Part shown: one piece after another, positions 1 through 12,637 of the stretch | How the letters are laid out: each line of letters begins with the position of its first letter | Position numbering within the stretch: position 1 is the stretch's first letter | Origin: Lama glama | Lineage: Eukaryota | Length of the DNA stretch: 64,000 nucleotides | NCBI GenBank assembly: GCA_028534125.1 | Contig: CM052824.1 | Span: forward strand, 60,078,001 to 60,142,000 | Reading direction: 5' to 3' | The notes under the pieces: model-generated | The model's database searches: none | What the model saw: the letters and a program-made list of their open reading frames with translations, nothing else | Told to the model about the DNA's origin: nothing | Position numbers and translations under genes: made by a program

Positions 1-699
1 AAATGCGGGGGGGTGTGGGCGGTGACGGGGCAGGAGGAGAGCCCCGGCCCCGGGGCTCGGGCCTGGGCACACCTGCGGCACCCTTGCTGAACTTCGTGCC
101 CAAGCCCCTGTCATACACGGTTCGCCCTGTGAGTGGTGGCCACCCGGTCTCACCAACGGGTCAGAGGAGTGAAGGGCCCCAGCTGCTCCCGGCGCTGACC
201 TGGGCCCTCCCCTGCCCCCCGAGCCCCTGTAGGCTGGGTCTCCTTGCTCCCACCACTGCAGCCTTGTCCGCTTCTTGCCCAGCCCCCCGAACTGAAGGCA
301 CCCCGCCGCCCCCAGAGAGCCGCATCCAAATGTCGGAACTGTGGCCAGGATTTCAGGGGCTGGAGAGAGAGGGTGCGCAGCCGGCGGCGGCGGAGGGTCC
401 CTCGGTAGAGTTCCCGTGGGCAGACGGCCCCACTGTGGTCCGACAAGCGGCATCTCGTGGGGCAGGACCCGGGAGTAAAGACCACAGGCCCTTCCCCAAG
501 CACCAGCTCCTGGCTGCTCACGGCCCTGGGACCGGGCGGATTTTGGTCTTGGTCCGCGGCCGGGGGAGCTTGAGGGGGGTCCTCTGAGTCGACACGGGGC
601 TTCCTCCGGTTCCTCCCTCACTGTGTGGTGGGCTTTTTAGGAGAAGCCATTAAACCGTGCAGGGCGCCAGCGGAGGTGACAGGCTGCCCCAGGAGCCGG

Positions 700-810
700 G
701 AGTGAGTGGCTGTGTGGGAGACAACACATGTGTGAGTGTGTGCGTGTGGTGATGTGGGACGCGCATGTGCACGTGTGAGTGCACACACGGGTGAGTCTGT
801 GTGTGAGAGT
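700..810. repeat. Degenerate (TG)n/RY low-complexity tract
   Basis: Interrupted TG/CA alternation (gtgtgagtgtgtgcgtgtggtg...gtgcacgtgtgagtgcacacac). Confidence 0.7.
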
Positions 811-2143
811 TGGCCGTGAATCCTGACAACAGGCCTGAGGCGGGGCCGACATTGCTGCACTCTGCCTGGAGACCTCTGAGAGGAAGGGAGGAGAGGGTCC
901 CTCTGCGGCTCCCCCCCAACCATCTATGGGCCGGGAGGGGCCCGGGGGGCATCCCAGTGCAGCCTGCGGAGATGCGGGTGTCACGGTGGACGTGACATCA
1001 TGTGTGCCTCCCAAGACTGGCTGCTACCAGAAGACGATGCTTCGGTGTTCCTTCCTAAAAGCCCACGGATGCTAGCATTCCAGGGCAGGTTGTCAGTGCT
1101 GGCCCCGCCTCCAGGGAGGGCGCCGAGGGGTGCAGACCCCGGGCGGTGAGCAGGGCTTAAAAGGGATCACTCAATCTGCCCAAATCTGGGCCTTTCCTGG
1201 GAGGCTCCGCTGGGCTCCTTGGACCCTGAAAGCTGCTGGAGGCACCACGCGGCACCTCAGGAGGGCTCCGGGAGCCGGGAGGCCAGTCCTGAGAGAGGCC
1301 CACCGGGCGGGGCAGGCAAAGCAGTGGGCAGGGCCAGCTCGGGCCCGCGGGGGACACGAGGGACCAGCAAGGTACAGTCAGACCCGACAGGCGGGGCCCC
1401 AGAAATGGCCCGGCCTGCCCTCCTGTGCCCCCAGAGCACCTGCCTCCTGGGCAGCCCACCTTAGTGATGGTGAAGCAGAGGCCCAGGGAGCTCGCACGCT
1501 GTCCCCAGCGAGGGGCAGAGCAGGGGGAGCCCCCACCCCAGTAGCCTGGCTCCCTGCACTCAGAAACGTGTGCCAGCCCTGTCCCGGGGCCCTGGTGCCC
1601 AGACTCCAGCCCCCGGCTGGCAGGCTGCCCTCCAGAACCACCGGCTCAGAGGGGCTTCTCACTGGGGCGGGGTGCTCCACGTCACCCCACGGCCACCGGG
1701 GCAGAGACGCCGGGCACAGGACACAGTGTGCTCGGAGGAGGCACCTGGTCACTTTGAGAACGGCGCGGAGGTGAGTTCTGCCCGATGCTGGCTGGGCTGC
1801 TCCCCACAGACGCCAGCAGAGCTTCCTCCCGCCGCGGGCCCTCACCCGTGAGACGCCCCCTTCCGCCCCCGGAGGAGAAACACGGGCCCCGCGTGGGGGC
1901 AAACCTGAAAACCCCTCCAGGCCTGGTTTTCTTTCTGGCTAAACCCTGTCTCACCCGCTCATCTGGGTTTGGCAATGAAGGTGGGCACGTGAACGTCGCA
2001 AGTGGGCAGTGGGGCTGTGGAGGCTCAGGGACCATCAAGCTGGCCTGGAGGGGGCTGGCCTAGGGGACGAGCGGCTTTACCTGTGGGCCCTCGCGCCCCC
2101 CGCCCCCACCCCCGCCGCGACAGCCTGTCCGACGGTCCTCTCG

Positions 2144-2157
2144 GGGTCAGCGGGTCA
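2144..2157 (+). promoter_or_regulatory. Perfect nuclear-receptor DR2 element (RARE-like)
   Basis: GGGTCA-gc-GGGTCA read directly; function untested. Confidence 0.3.
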
Positions 2158-3840
2158 AAAGCAAGTTGTTCTCTGCTGACTTGATGCTAAGGGCATCGCT
2201 GTCCCCCACACAGGGGAGAAGAGGCCCTCAGAAGAGACAGGAGCAGAGGGGCCCCTGGGAGCTGCCCAGGACGGGGCCTCGGGCCCCGGCTGTGGCTCCC
2301 GAGCCAGCGGCTGTGCTGGACGTGAACTCGGTTTGCTGACAGAGCCCTCACGGCAAGGACGGGCCGAGGCCGACTCTGCCAGGCCCTGCGAGGCCAGCTG
2401 GTCCTGGGCCCTCGGCCTTCGCCCACTCCCCATGGACCTGGGATGCTCGGCCCTGCCCAGGGAGGACACGCGGGCTGACGGCCGCCTGGCCCGGGTGGCC
2501 GCCTGCTTCCTGGCTGCACGGGTCCACCCTGCCCTCCGCGGCTGGCCGGGTCACCGCACAGACCCCCTTCCGGAGCGGAGAACTTCTTCGTGTAAGTTCG
2601 AACAACGCGCCCTCCCCAGGCAGTGCTGGCAGCCTCGCGGCGGGTGGTGTGACGGCCAGGCCCAGGCACGGGGCTCAGCTTCTTCCCCAAAGCTCCTGAC
2701 CACCACATCTCTCTCTAAGAATGTATTCGGGGCTGAAAATTGTCACAGACGTCCTCCCCAGTCAGGGACACGCCCCGGTCAGGTCGGGCCGCTCTCCAGC
2801 TTTTCAAGCCACCCCCTTCCTGGAGCCCCACGAGGCACAGAGCAGGCCCCAAGCCGGGAGCTTCCCTGGCAATTCCACACCCAGCGACCTCCGAGCCCGA
2901 CAGCCCCGGGCACTTGCAGGGCTGCAGTCCCTGGGTCCCACCCAGACCCGCCTGACCTGAGCCTGAGCAGGACTGGACCAGCCTGGGGGGGAGGGCCCCC
3001 GGTGGCTCAGCCAGGGCGAGGGGTGGCCTCGTCCACCTGAAGTGCCCACGTGGTCACAGTGCGTGCCGGGGAGGCAGGGCTCAACCCAGAGGGACCACCG
3101 AGCCTCCTGAAATCTTCCAAACTATACCCGCAAACCTGGACCAGCACCCCGCCCACCACTTCCTGACCCATCCCAAACAAGCCCGAAGACGGGCTGCTTA
3201 GCAGGAGAAAAGCGACCCTCATCACACTTCCGTGACCCCTCCAGCCTCACACACGTTTGTTTCCAGCAAAGGAAGGAAGAGGTCCTGCTGAAGCTGCGTC
3301 CCGGCAGAGCCCCGTCCAGGCCCGGCTCATCCAGGGCCGTGCAGGGCTGTGGGGGGCTTCTCGAGGGCTTCCCGAGGCTGGGGAAGGGGCCAGCCCCAGA
3401 CCAAGCTGCTTGCTTTCATTCAAGAGGTTTTTGGGTGAGATGGGGCACACACGGCAACAGTATGTCCGCGTTCCTCCCTCCCTGGGGTCACCAGGAGAGA
3501 GAGAACCCACTGACCATCCGGGAAACGCTCTGTCGTGTCTCAGTGCGACCAGGCCTGGCCACGCCTCTCACGTGTTTTCAGTTTGAAGCCCCCTACGCAG
3601 AGGCCGCTGGGCACGAAGGCGGGGCCGCCAGGAGGGGCCGCCCCCCCACCCCCCTCTGTGTGGGCCCACGTCTGAAGTCTTCATCACATCGACCAGCAGC
3701 GAGGACCCCAGACCACAGCCGCTCTTGGGGAGATGCAGGCTGGAGCATGGCACGCCCCCACCCCCGAGGCCAGCCGGAAATTCAACGTCCAGGCAGCGTT
3801 CGGTCCAGCAGGCCTCTCAGAGGCAGTATCTAAAAGTTAT

Positions 3841-3856
3841 AGTTCAGCTCGGTTCA
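3841..3856 (+). promoter_or_regulatory. Perfect nuclear-receptor DR4 element
   Basis: AGTTCA-gctc-GGTTCA inside a small AT-rich island (3825-3870). Confidence 0.3.
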
Positions 3857-4153
3857 GCTTATAAAAGAAACGTGGCAGTAGAGGTGAGCCCGGTGGGGGG
3901 ACAACGCCCCATCATAGCTCGGAGACGGGGGCATCCCTGGGCGGCTGCATGGCCGCTCGGTTCTGGAACTGTCCAGGAGAGCCTTTGAAAGCTATCAGGG
4001 ACCTAGAGGTGGGCCTGGTCAGAACGCTGTCTTCTCTGAAGTTCTGTTGGCCACTGTGTCCCAGGAGGTGATGGGGCCCAGGGAGCCAGCTGCCAGCACT
4101 GTGGCTGCTCTGATTCTAGCCAAGGCCGCATAAGGGAGGCAGAGATGTGACTC

Positions 4154-4270
4154 TGCCCGTTTTGTACATCATGGAAGGGAAGTTCAGGGAGCAAGAACTT
4201 GCTCAAGGCTGACAGCTAGTCAGGGCTCAGCTGGAAGCCTCTCAGACAGTCATGATTCTAAAGCTCTCAG
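4154..4270 (-). mobile_element. MIR SINE fragment
   Basis: aacttgctcaaggctgacagctagt resembles MIR aacttgcccaaggtcacacagctagt, with flanking similarity. Confidence 0.65.
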
Positions 4271-4304
4271 ACCCTGTATTACACAACTCGATGTTCACAC
4301 TGCG

Positions 4305-4345
4305 GTGAGAAAACACCTTAAAAAGTGTCTGGCATTTAGTGATGG
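4305..4345 (+). mobile_element. MIR/L2 3' tail remnant
   Basis: aaagtgtctggcatttagtga resembles acagtgcctggcacatagta; lies just upstream of the TGGA repeat. Confidence 0.35.
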
Positions 4346-4377
4346 CCTTCCTCATGTCCAGAGAAGATACACAGGAA

Positions 4378-5112
4378 ATGAATGGATAAATTCATGGGTG
4401 GATGGATGGGTCAGTGGATGGATAGATGGGTGGGTGAATGGATGGACAGACGGATAGGTGGATGAATAGATATGTAGATGAACAGATGGGGGGACGAATG
4501 GAGAGATGAGTATGAAGATGGATGAATAGGTAGATGGATGGGTGGCTGGTGGTTGGATGAATTAACGGTGGATGGACGGTGGATAGTGGATGGATGGTAG
4601 ATGGTAGATAAGTGGATGGGTAGGTGGAAAGTGGATGGATGGATGGTGGTTGATAGTGGATGAATGGGTGGGTAGACGGATGGTAGATGAATGAAGGATG
4701 GTGGACAGTGGAGGGATGGTGAATGATAGATAAATGGATGAGTGGATGAATGGCAGAATAATGGTGGATATTGGACCAAGGATGGATGGATGGTGGTTGG
4801 TGGCAGATGAATGAATGGGTAGATGGGTGGTAGAATAATGGTGGATGGTAGATGGATGGTGGATGAATGAAGGATGAGTGGATGGTGGCTGGTGGCTGGA
4901 TGGTGGATGGTAGATAAATGGATGAGTGGACGAATGGTGGATGGACAGTGGATGGATGAATGGTGGATAGTGGATGGTGGATGGACGGATGGATAGATGG
5001 ATGAATAGATGGATGGATGAGAGGGTGGATAGAAAGATGAGTAGGAAGATGAATGAATGGGTAGATGGATGGTGGATGGACGAAGGATGGGTGGATGACG
5101 GTGGATGGTGGG
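4378..5112 (+). repeat. Degenerate (TGGA)n/(TGAA)n simple repeat, about 730 bp
   Basis: Continuous GATG/GGTG/GAATG variants; explains the 'SIHP' low-complexity ORFs on the minus strand. Confidence 0.95.
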
Positions 5113-5834
5113 GGAAGGTGGAGGGACGGTGGGGGGACGGAAAGGGCAATTTTTAATGAGATAGGTGGAAAGAGGAAACCCTCACCCGACTTGACTTTCC
5201 GTCCCTGAGGGTGAAGCCCCATGAACAGGAATCCTGAGTCTGGTTAATCTGAGCCAAGACTCGGGCTTGCCTGGCCCAGCCCCCAGCTCCTGGGAGAGGG
5301 CCGCCTTCTCTCCCGCTGCGCCAGGTGGCCTGCCTGCTCCAGCATTCGCGGGCGGGGTGGCACATCTGTGATTCTGGGGTTCAGCCGCAGGCCCACCTGG
5401 CCCTCTCACCTTCCACCTGAGCCTTTTTGGAGAAACAAGGTGGGACTTTGGTTCCGGACCCTTGTTTTACGTCCTGAACCCAGCAGGGAGGAGTGCCGTG
5501 CACCGTGCCCTCCAGAGACCCCCCTACAGTTCCCCGCACCCCAGAGCCTACAAAGGCCCGTGATCTGTGACTGTCATGAGGATCATCTCAGCCACTGCTG
5601 GGGGCCAGAGAGGGGGGACAGAGGGACGGATGGACACACTCAGTTGAGCTGGGTCTACGGAAGCCACCGGATAAAGTGGTGCAATGAGATGCTCTTATTT
5701 AGAACTGAAGATTTCTGTGCAGACACTTTTCTGTCCAGTGCAACAGGCGAGGGGACACCCCCTCCTCAGTGGACAGGCTCTCGGGCCGCAGAGCCACTTC
5801 GGGAAACAGTTTGCTTGAAAGAGAAACTTAGGGA

Positions 5835-6170
5835 TTGTCCCCAGCCTTTAATCAACCACAGCACTGCGGTGGCCTCTCCCCCGCCGCGGGCCTTGGCTTA
5901 AGACAGGAACAACGCGCCTTCACTCCAGGACAGCCTGCCGGGAGCCGCGCCGCCCGGATCCCGCTGCCTGACCAAGCTGCCCGGACTGTGGCCGCCGCCA
6001 CACCACTGCTCGCCGGCTCCCCGCCTCCGCCAGCACCCAGCAGCGCCGAGCCGAGCCCAGGGATCAGCACGGCTATCATCACCAAAGCAGATTAACAGCG
6101 CCGAGGAAAGACGTTCCCGCAAACATGCTGAATATTAATACTAGTCAGTGGCCGTTCATATTCCCAAACC
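5835..6170. promoter_or_regulatory. CpG-rich patch flanked by TAAT-rich motifs; candidate regulatory element
   Basis: TTTAATCA, GATTAA and AATATTAATA around a CpG-dense core; not repeat-like. Confidence 0.35.
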
Positions 6171-6551
6171 CCCGCCGGGGATCTGGCCCACAGGGACCGG
6201 AGGGCAGCGCGTCCCAGCTGTGGGGCCGATGGGGCTGAACTGTCATTAGGGCCTGGGGAGGTGCAGGGTGGCGCCAGCCGGCGTCTCTCTCACCGGCCCA
6301 ACCCCTGCCACCCCTGCAAGGGCCCAAGGTGCGGAAACCTCCTGAACAAAGGTGCAGGCCCCCGCCCTGCGCCCCATCCCGACGAGACAGTGGCCACGTT
6401 CCTGGCCACTGTCACAGGCAGGCACTTCTTTTGTGTCAACCAGGGAGCTGGTGCTGGCGGATGCAGACCCCTGACTTGGCGGGGGCCCCACTGGCCTCAC
6501 TGTCTCCTGTCACCAGGATGTCATCGGGATGGCTCGTGCAGCTCCCGAGGC

Positions 6552-6828
6552 TGTTACGGCTCGAACTGTGTCCCCACAAAAGATATGGTGATGCTCCAAC
6601 CCCCGTACTTGTGACTGTGACCTGATTTGGAAAGAGGGCCTTTGTGGCTGTGATCACACCAAGATGAGGTCATCGGGGTGGCCCTGGCCCAGTGGCGGGT
6701 GTCCTGATAAGACCAGGGGGACGAGACACACAGAGAGACGCTCGGGGGAGGAGGGCCACGCGACAGCGCAGGCCTCTAGCACTGTCTGCTGCTTTAAGGT
6801 CCCTGCTTTGGGGCACTTTGTTACAGAC
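6552..6828 (+). mobile_element. MLT1 (MaLR, MLT1A/B-like) solo LTR, internally deleted
   Basis: TGTTACGGCTCGAACTGTGTCCCC start, gtgacctgatttggaaagagg, aagatgaggtcat, gtgtcctgataaga, and cactttgttacag end. Confidence 0.85.
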
Positions 6829-6984
6829 ATAAAGAAGCAGGTGCAAAGAGCAAGGCTGGAGGGCCCTGACCAGCGGCGGAATGTGGCCCCGGGGCTGCTG
6901 TCAGCCCCCAGGCCCCCCACCAGAAGCCCCCGCCTGCCCCTCTGCTCCTCGTCTGTCCACAGCGCCAAGGAGCAGGTCACGGTC

Positions 6985-7030
6985 TACCCGTCTTGTGGGT
7001 GAAGAAACTGACGCCCAGAGGAGGAAGGAC
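6985..7030 (-). mobile_element. MIR core fragment
   Basis: gtgaagaaactgacgcccagag resembles gaggaaactgaggcccagag. Confidence 0.45.
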
Positions 7031-7429
7031 CAGGCGAGCCCTCTGCTGGGACTGGGGCCCCCAGAGCCCGCGGCGCAGCCTGTCCTGCAGGCGAGTCTTC
7101 AGCTGCTTGCCGGCCGCTGCCAAGCTCAGCCGACCTCAAGGTCAGAGTCACCTCCCCGGCCAGCCCGCGGCTCTGAGAGAACTGAGAGGCAAGACAGGGA
7201 ACCAGGAGCTGCTCCTGTCCCCTCACCGCTGCCCCCACCACTCGCGAGGCAGGCGGTGAGCCCTGGGGGGGCCTCCCACGGACCCCCGCGCCCTCCTCAG
7301 GACCCTGCCAGCAGCCTGGCCCCCGTGCTGCGGGGCTGCTCAGGGACACCCCACCCCAGACCCCCACTGTCCAGCCGAGCTGACGCAGGGCTGCGAGGGG
7401 CTCTGCCTGCAGCCCAGACCACCTGGCCC

Positions 7430-7760
7430 TACTTAAAGCCAGCGCATTATTCCAAGACGATTACTTCCCCGCGCAGTGCTCAGGGGACGGCAGCATGCCT
7501 ATTTCAGGCCCCGCGCCCCCATTTCCTCACTGCCTCCACCGCCCCGGGCAGGCTCTGGATGACTCGTGAGGCCACTGTAATTTTTATCAAGGCTTGTTCC
7601 TGAAAAAAAGCCTCTTTGTTTCAGAGAGATGTGATCTGGCCTTTTTTCTTCCTCTGCTTTTATTCCTTGGTTAATATACCACTTCCCTGAGCCCCCGGGG
7701 CAGCGAGGTAGCCCACGGATTGCTCAAATCTCACTGCTTTTCTTCTAAATGACAGCTGAC
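7430..7760. promoter_or_regulatory. Candidate conserved non-coding element
   Basis: AT-rich non-repeat island with TAATTTTTATCAAGG, TTTTATT, TTAATA and TGACAG. Confidence 0.4.
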
Positions 7761-7920
7761 TCACCCTGGCCCCTGCGCTAAGCACTGAGTGAGCTGGCGG
7801 CCAGTGGGGGTGCCCCTCACGCACCAGAGGGGTCCCGGGCCCCAAGACCCCCTCCGCTATCGAGGGAGGTGGACGCTCCACACCATCCCTGTAACCTCAC
7901 ATCTGGCAACGCCAGTGTGC

Positions 7921-8445
7921 TTTTCAAAAACTTGAGATAAAACACACACAACATAACATTTACCACCTCAACCGTTTTCAAGGGCACAGCTCAGGGGCAT
8001 TGGTCACGTGTCACAGTGCTGTGCAACCAGCCCCACCGCCACCTCCAGAACCTTCTCACCTTCCCAAACTGAAACTGTCCCCAGAAACACCCACTCCCCG
8101 CCCCTCCCCAGCCCCCGGCCCCCACCCTCCTGCTTCCTGTCTCAGTGACTCTGACTCCTCCAGGGACCTCACAGAGGTGGGACGGGAAGGACTGGTCCTT
8201 CTGCGACTGGCTGACTGTGCTCAGTGGGTGGTTCCCGAGGGCCACTCATGTGGCAGGTGTCAGAACCTCCTCCCTTTTCAAGGCTGAATGATATTCCATT
8301 GTGCGGGGGGACCACATTGTTTTGTTTGTTCATCCGACAACAGACCCTGGGGTTGCTCCCACCTTCTCGGCAATCGTGAGGAGTGCTGCTGTGAGAGCAG
8401 GCGTGCCAGGATCTGAGTCCACGGTGCTTTGAGCACCACCAGAAC
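7921..8445 (-). mobile_element. L1MB-type LINE-1 3' end fragment
   Basis: Typical antisense L1MB text: tgtgcaacc...ctccagaac...cccaaactgaaact...ttcaaggctgaatgatattccattgt...ggttgctcccacctt. Confidence 0.85.
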
Positions 8446-10227
8446 CCCCCAGAAAGAAGGTTCTCACAGGCTATTTGCCCAAAGGGAAACTGGCTTCCCG
8501 TCTCGGGTCCGACAAACACAGACAGGCTCTCCTGCCCGTAAGCCCTGGATGCTCTCTGGACCTCAGCCCCCAAGCCCCGTAAATGGCAGGGTGTCCAGCC
8601 CTCCGGGAGGTTCAGAGCGCCAGCGCACATGCCTGTGAGGACGCCGCTCCCCGCACTGTCACCGTGTGATTGCCAGGTGGCCTCCAGTCTCGTGAGGTGC
8701 GCCACGGCCCCAGCCATGCCCACGTGCACCTCTCAGACGGTGGGGACCCCATTCTGCTGGAGGGGGCAGGCTTGGAGGCCCCCCAGAGAGTGGGGCTTTG
8801 CTCTCTGGGGCTGAGGGCAGCCGGGGGAGTTGGGATCTGGGGACACCTCATCCAAGCTCGGCTCTGGGGGACGTGGAGACGGGGGCGGCCTCCTCCACTG
8901 GAGGGTCCTCCGGCTCCTCTCCGGCTCAGCCAGCTTTGCTGAGGCCGCAGGGCCCGAGGGCCATGGACCGAACAGGTGGAGGAGGAGGAGCCCAGAAGGG
9001 GTGTGGCTTGCTCGGGCTGCGGAGGGCGGCCTAGGCGGGATGGGGGTGGGGAAGGGACCCCAGCACCCACAGGCACACCGAGGGACGGCCACCTCTGCTG
9101 GCTGCGGGCCAGCAGGGTGCAGAGGGTTTGGGGGGGGCGAGGCCGAGGTCCCAGGGAGGCTCTGCAGGTGGGCCCTGGGGTTGCCACCAGAGCAGGACAT
9201 CCAGGGCAGCTCGGGCTCTGGGCGCGCGCAGTGGAGAGGATGCGCCTGGTGGTGTCTGCTCTCCGCCGTGTCTCCTCCCATCTGGGCAGCACTGCTGAGG
9301 AGAGCGGGTTACCCCTGAGCAAGCACCCAGACAGCACTCTATCTGTGGGCATGGTTCTCTGCTCAGTGCCCACCAGCCCCGCCTGGGGCTCCATTCACAG
9401 GCCATGCAACTCAGCACGCGAGCGGACAGGCTGCCCCAAACAGAAATGGCCCAAGGAAGAGAGTGGGTGGAGGGTGCCTCCCTGGGGTCCTGGGGGGACT
9501 GGGGTGCCCGTGGAGGCTGCAGGAGGGGCCAGGCTCCAGGCAGGTGGGCAGGGGAGGAGACGGGCCTGCTTAGACATCATCAGCCAGGCATTTGGGAGGC
9601 AAGACCCCTTCCTCCTGGACGTCTGCTTGGCGGGCTCTGCCGCAGACAGAGGGAGGCTGGGCCTCCCAGCACCTCTGGCTGCTCAGAATAATTGGGCCAG
9701 AGGAGGGATCCGAAGTGTGCATCTGCCTCCAGCCCTGGGGATGGGGTGGCCAGCGGTGGGCAAAGGTCCTCCGCCCCTGCCCTCCCTCCCCTGAGGCTGC
9801 CTAGCCCCCTGCCCTGCCCTCCACCCCGTACCACCCGGAGTGGGGAGTTGCTCAGGCTGAGCCCCTTCAAGGCCCCTCAGAGGCCAGGACTGGGGACTCA
9901 GGGCCACCCGGGTACCCCACAGGAAAGTACTGCCTTCTTGTGTGTCAGCTCTTGGGGGGCCAGGAAGACCCTCCCTTTGTTACTGCACGGCCCCCTAGTT
10001 CCCTCTGCTCCCCTCCCTAATGCTGCAGACAGGAGGGACGAGGGGTCAGCTGGGGGCACCCCGTCCTCTGGACCAGAGAGCCTGCGGCAGCCACAGCCCC
10101 TCTCCAGCAACCCCACAGCCTGCAGACCCTGGGAGGGGTGCCCACGTCTCCCACTCCCCCCCAGAGTAGCCTCCAGCTTCAGCCACACCAACCTGGCACC
10201 CACCCAGGCCCCGCCGGCCTCTCCCTG

Positions 10228-10570
10228 TCCTGATAAAGACATTTATAGTTTTAACCATCAAATAAAGTGCTCGACTCCGCCAAGCCTGACCCCCAGCTCA
10301 GCCACTCCGCAGCTTCATTTAGCNNNNNNNNNNNNNNNNNNNNNNNNNNNNNNNNNNNNNNNNNNNNNNNNNNNNNNNNNNNNNNNNNNNNNNNNNNNNN
10401 NNNNNNNNNNNNNNNNNNNNNNNNNNNNNNNNNNNNNNNNNNNNNNNNNNNNNNNGCGCTCTCCACATACATCACCCGATTACGCGGCGCGCGCGGGCCG
10501 CAGTCATTAGGCAGTGAATTAACGACGGTCCCCACCACTATTAATCACCCTGACAAAGGCGTTAGCGCGC
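10228..10570. promoter_or_regulatory. Candidate conserved non-coding element interrupted by a gap
   Basis: TGATAA, TTTATAG, CATTAG, GAATTAA, TATTAATCA and TGACAAAG either side of a CpG-rich gap edge. Confidence 0.5.
10324..10455. other. Assembly gap (132 N)
   Basis: N run. Confidence 0.99.
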
Positions 10571-10761
10571 TGCTGACCCGAGCGCGGCTGGCCGGGACCC
10601 GCCACCCGAGATCCCGCCTTGGCCCGCGGTTTTCTTCCTCAGTAGCTGCTTTACTCTGTCACCCACCTTGTCCGGGCGGCGGCCAGCACCAGTGTGCCTG
10701 CCAGGAGGTCGGCACCAGTGACCCTGCGTGTTCCCCGAGACAGCCCAGCATCGAGGCCCAC

Positions 10762-10850
10762 TGTTACCCAATTTACAGATCCGGAAACTGAGGCGCTGGG
10801 AAGCCAGACCTGCCGCAGGGGTGGCTTCGGGACTGAAAGCCAGGTCTGAT
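10762..10850 (-). mobile_element. MIR SINE fragment
   Basis: cccaatttacagatccggaaactgaggc matches the MIR core. Confidence 0.75.
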
Positions 10851-11449
10851 GAGCTGTGGCCTCTGGTCTGGCTCTGAGCCCGGAGCACGGGTCCCCCCGA
10901 CTCAGATGGGCGGGTGAAACGTGCAGACCTCAGACGCCTGACTTTCATGAAGCTGACTTGCTCCTGAGGTCCCAAACTTGAGTTTTCTTGGTAAGAATGA
11001 GCAGGAAAGTCTCTCCGTGCTGCGCCAAGTGCCCCCACTCAGATCAGGACCAGGCTGGGAGAGGACTGGGTCCGAAGGGAGGGGTCCGAACGGCAGGGTT
11101 GTGAGACCCCGCGGCAGGGACATCACAGACGGGTCCTGGGGGTTTCCGTCTTACGCGGACAGCTCAGCTCTGTGACCGCAGACCCACCGGCAGCAGTTGT
11201 GAGCTCCCCCAAAATGGTCCCATTCCAGGTCCTTGAACCCGAGGGGTTGGCCACCGGGAGGGGCATGGGCAGAGGGCGAGGGCCGCTTCCCAGGCTCGGC
11301 GTTGGCTGGACGACGCACTTGCAGAGATGACAGGCCCACCTGTCAGAGTCCGAGTGGGACCAGGGACACGACCCCTGCAGGGCACTTGTCCCGGGCAGGG
11401 CGGTGGCAGGTGGCCCAGGAAACACCAGCCCCCACCGGTCCCCGACACC

Positions 11450-11530
11450 ACTTTAACCATTTTGGCACGTTAATCCAATTAATCATCTCTACATTTTAAA
11501 CCAATTTCTTCCTATTAACCCAGCCGTCAG
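11450..11530. promoter_or_regulatory. Candidate enhancer with paired-homeodomain P3 site
   Basis: TAATCCAATTA at 11471-11481 plus further TTAA/ATTA motifs. Confidence 0.5.
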
Positions 11531-12637
11531 AGCTGTATTTCAGTGGGGTCTCAACCAGAGTTTGGAAGCACACGGTGGGGGCCGGGGGCCGGGGGCGGGG
11601 GAGGGGATCGCTCCCCACCCATTTGTCTTCTTTCTCTGGACTTCTCATTTTTCATGCTTCAGCAAATTTCCTAATTTTCCTCATTAGCGACTAATTCACA
11701 CATCTCAACAGTCCTTCCACCTGTTCCTTTCACGGTGGCGCTTGCGAGCTGTGGCGTGGCCCCTTGCTCACTTACGTGACGCCCGCGCTGGTGCCCGGCA
11801 GACGCGGGGTGAGGGCACAGAAGGCTGGCACAGGTGGCACCTTCCGTGACTCCAGCAGCTCACCCGGCCGCCCGCCCCTAGCACCAGCTTGACCCCCTTG
11901 GCGACGAGGACCTGCACCCTCTCCTCCTGCCTCCAGGCCCCCAGCAGGACCCCCAGTTCCTGGCGGTGCATGGGGTTTCCACAACACGAGTCCCTTCTCT
12001 TTTAAGGAGAAGCCAAAGGCCACCAGTGACGCTCTCAGGGGCTGTATCCTCGCAAAGGCCCCGTTTAACGAGAGCCCGGCCTGGATGGCAGCCAGGCACC
12101 TGGCAGCACATTTGCGCCGGGTCCACCGTGGGCCTGAGGACTCACTCCTTCTGAGAATTATCCAGAGGCACTCTCGGAAAGCTGCAGAGTACCCACCACA
12201 GCAACACCTGGCCCGTGGCACCTGGAGTGAGCCTAGGGAGCCTGTGAATAACCCCGTGACGTGGGCCACCAGCCACATCGACAGCGCGACAGCCTGGCTT
12301 CTCAGCCGTCCTTGGGAGCTGTTTCTCGTTACTTGCTTGCATCAATTTGATTTTCTCGGCTAAGTGGAAGGTTGTGGGAAAAGCTGGGTTTGGAAATCCA
12401 TGATTTCCTGGCAGTTAATGAATTTCAGCCAAACGGAAAGCAAGGTGAGGCTCCACTGCAGCCACAGAGTCAGACACAGGAAGGACCAGGGGCAAAGAGG
12501 GGGCCCCATCCTGCCATTCCAGCCCCCCTCGGAAGCCCTCAGAAGACCCTCTCCTTGGCATGTCTCAGCTTGCATCTAACAGAGTGTGCAACACACCTGT
12601 GGTGCAGCCACAGGGAAGGGAAGCTGGGTCCATATTT

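Noticed and set aside
4392-5222. 276-aa 'SIHP' ORF
   Set aside because: Translation of the (TCCA)n simple repeat.
11541-11560. CAGTGGGGTCTCAACC resembling a MER5/MER20 terminus
   Set aside because: The similarity does not extend and no second terminus was found.
11765-11990. Minus-strand donor CAC|GTAAGT and a coding-looking + strand stretch (HQLDPLGDEDLHP...)
   Set aside because: The signals lie on opposite strands, there is no matching acceptor/donor pair, and no known protein similarity.
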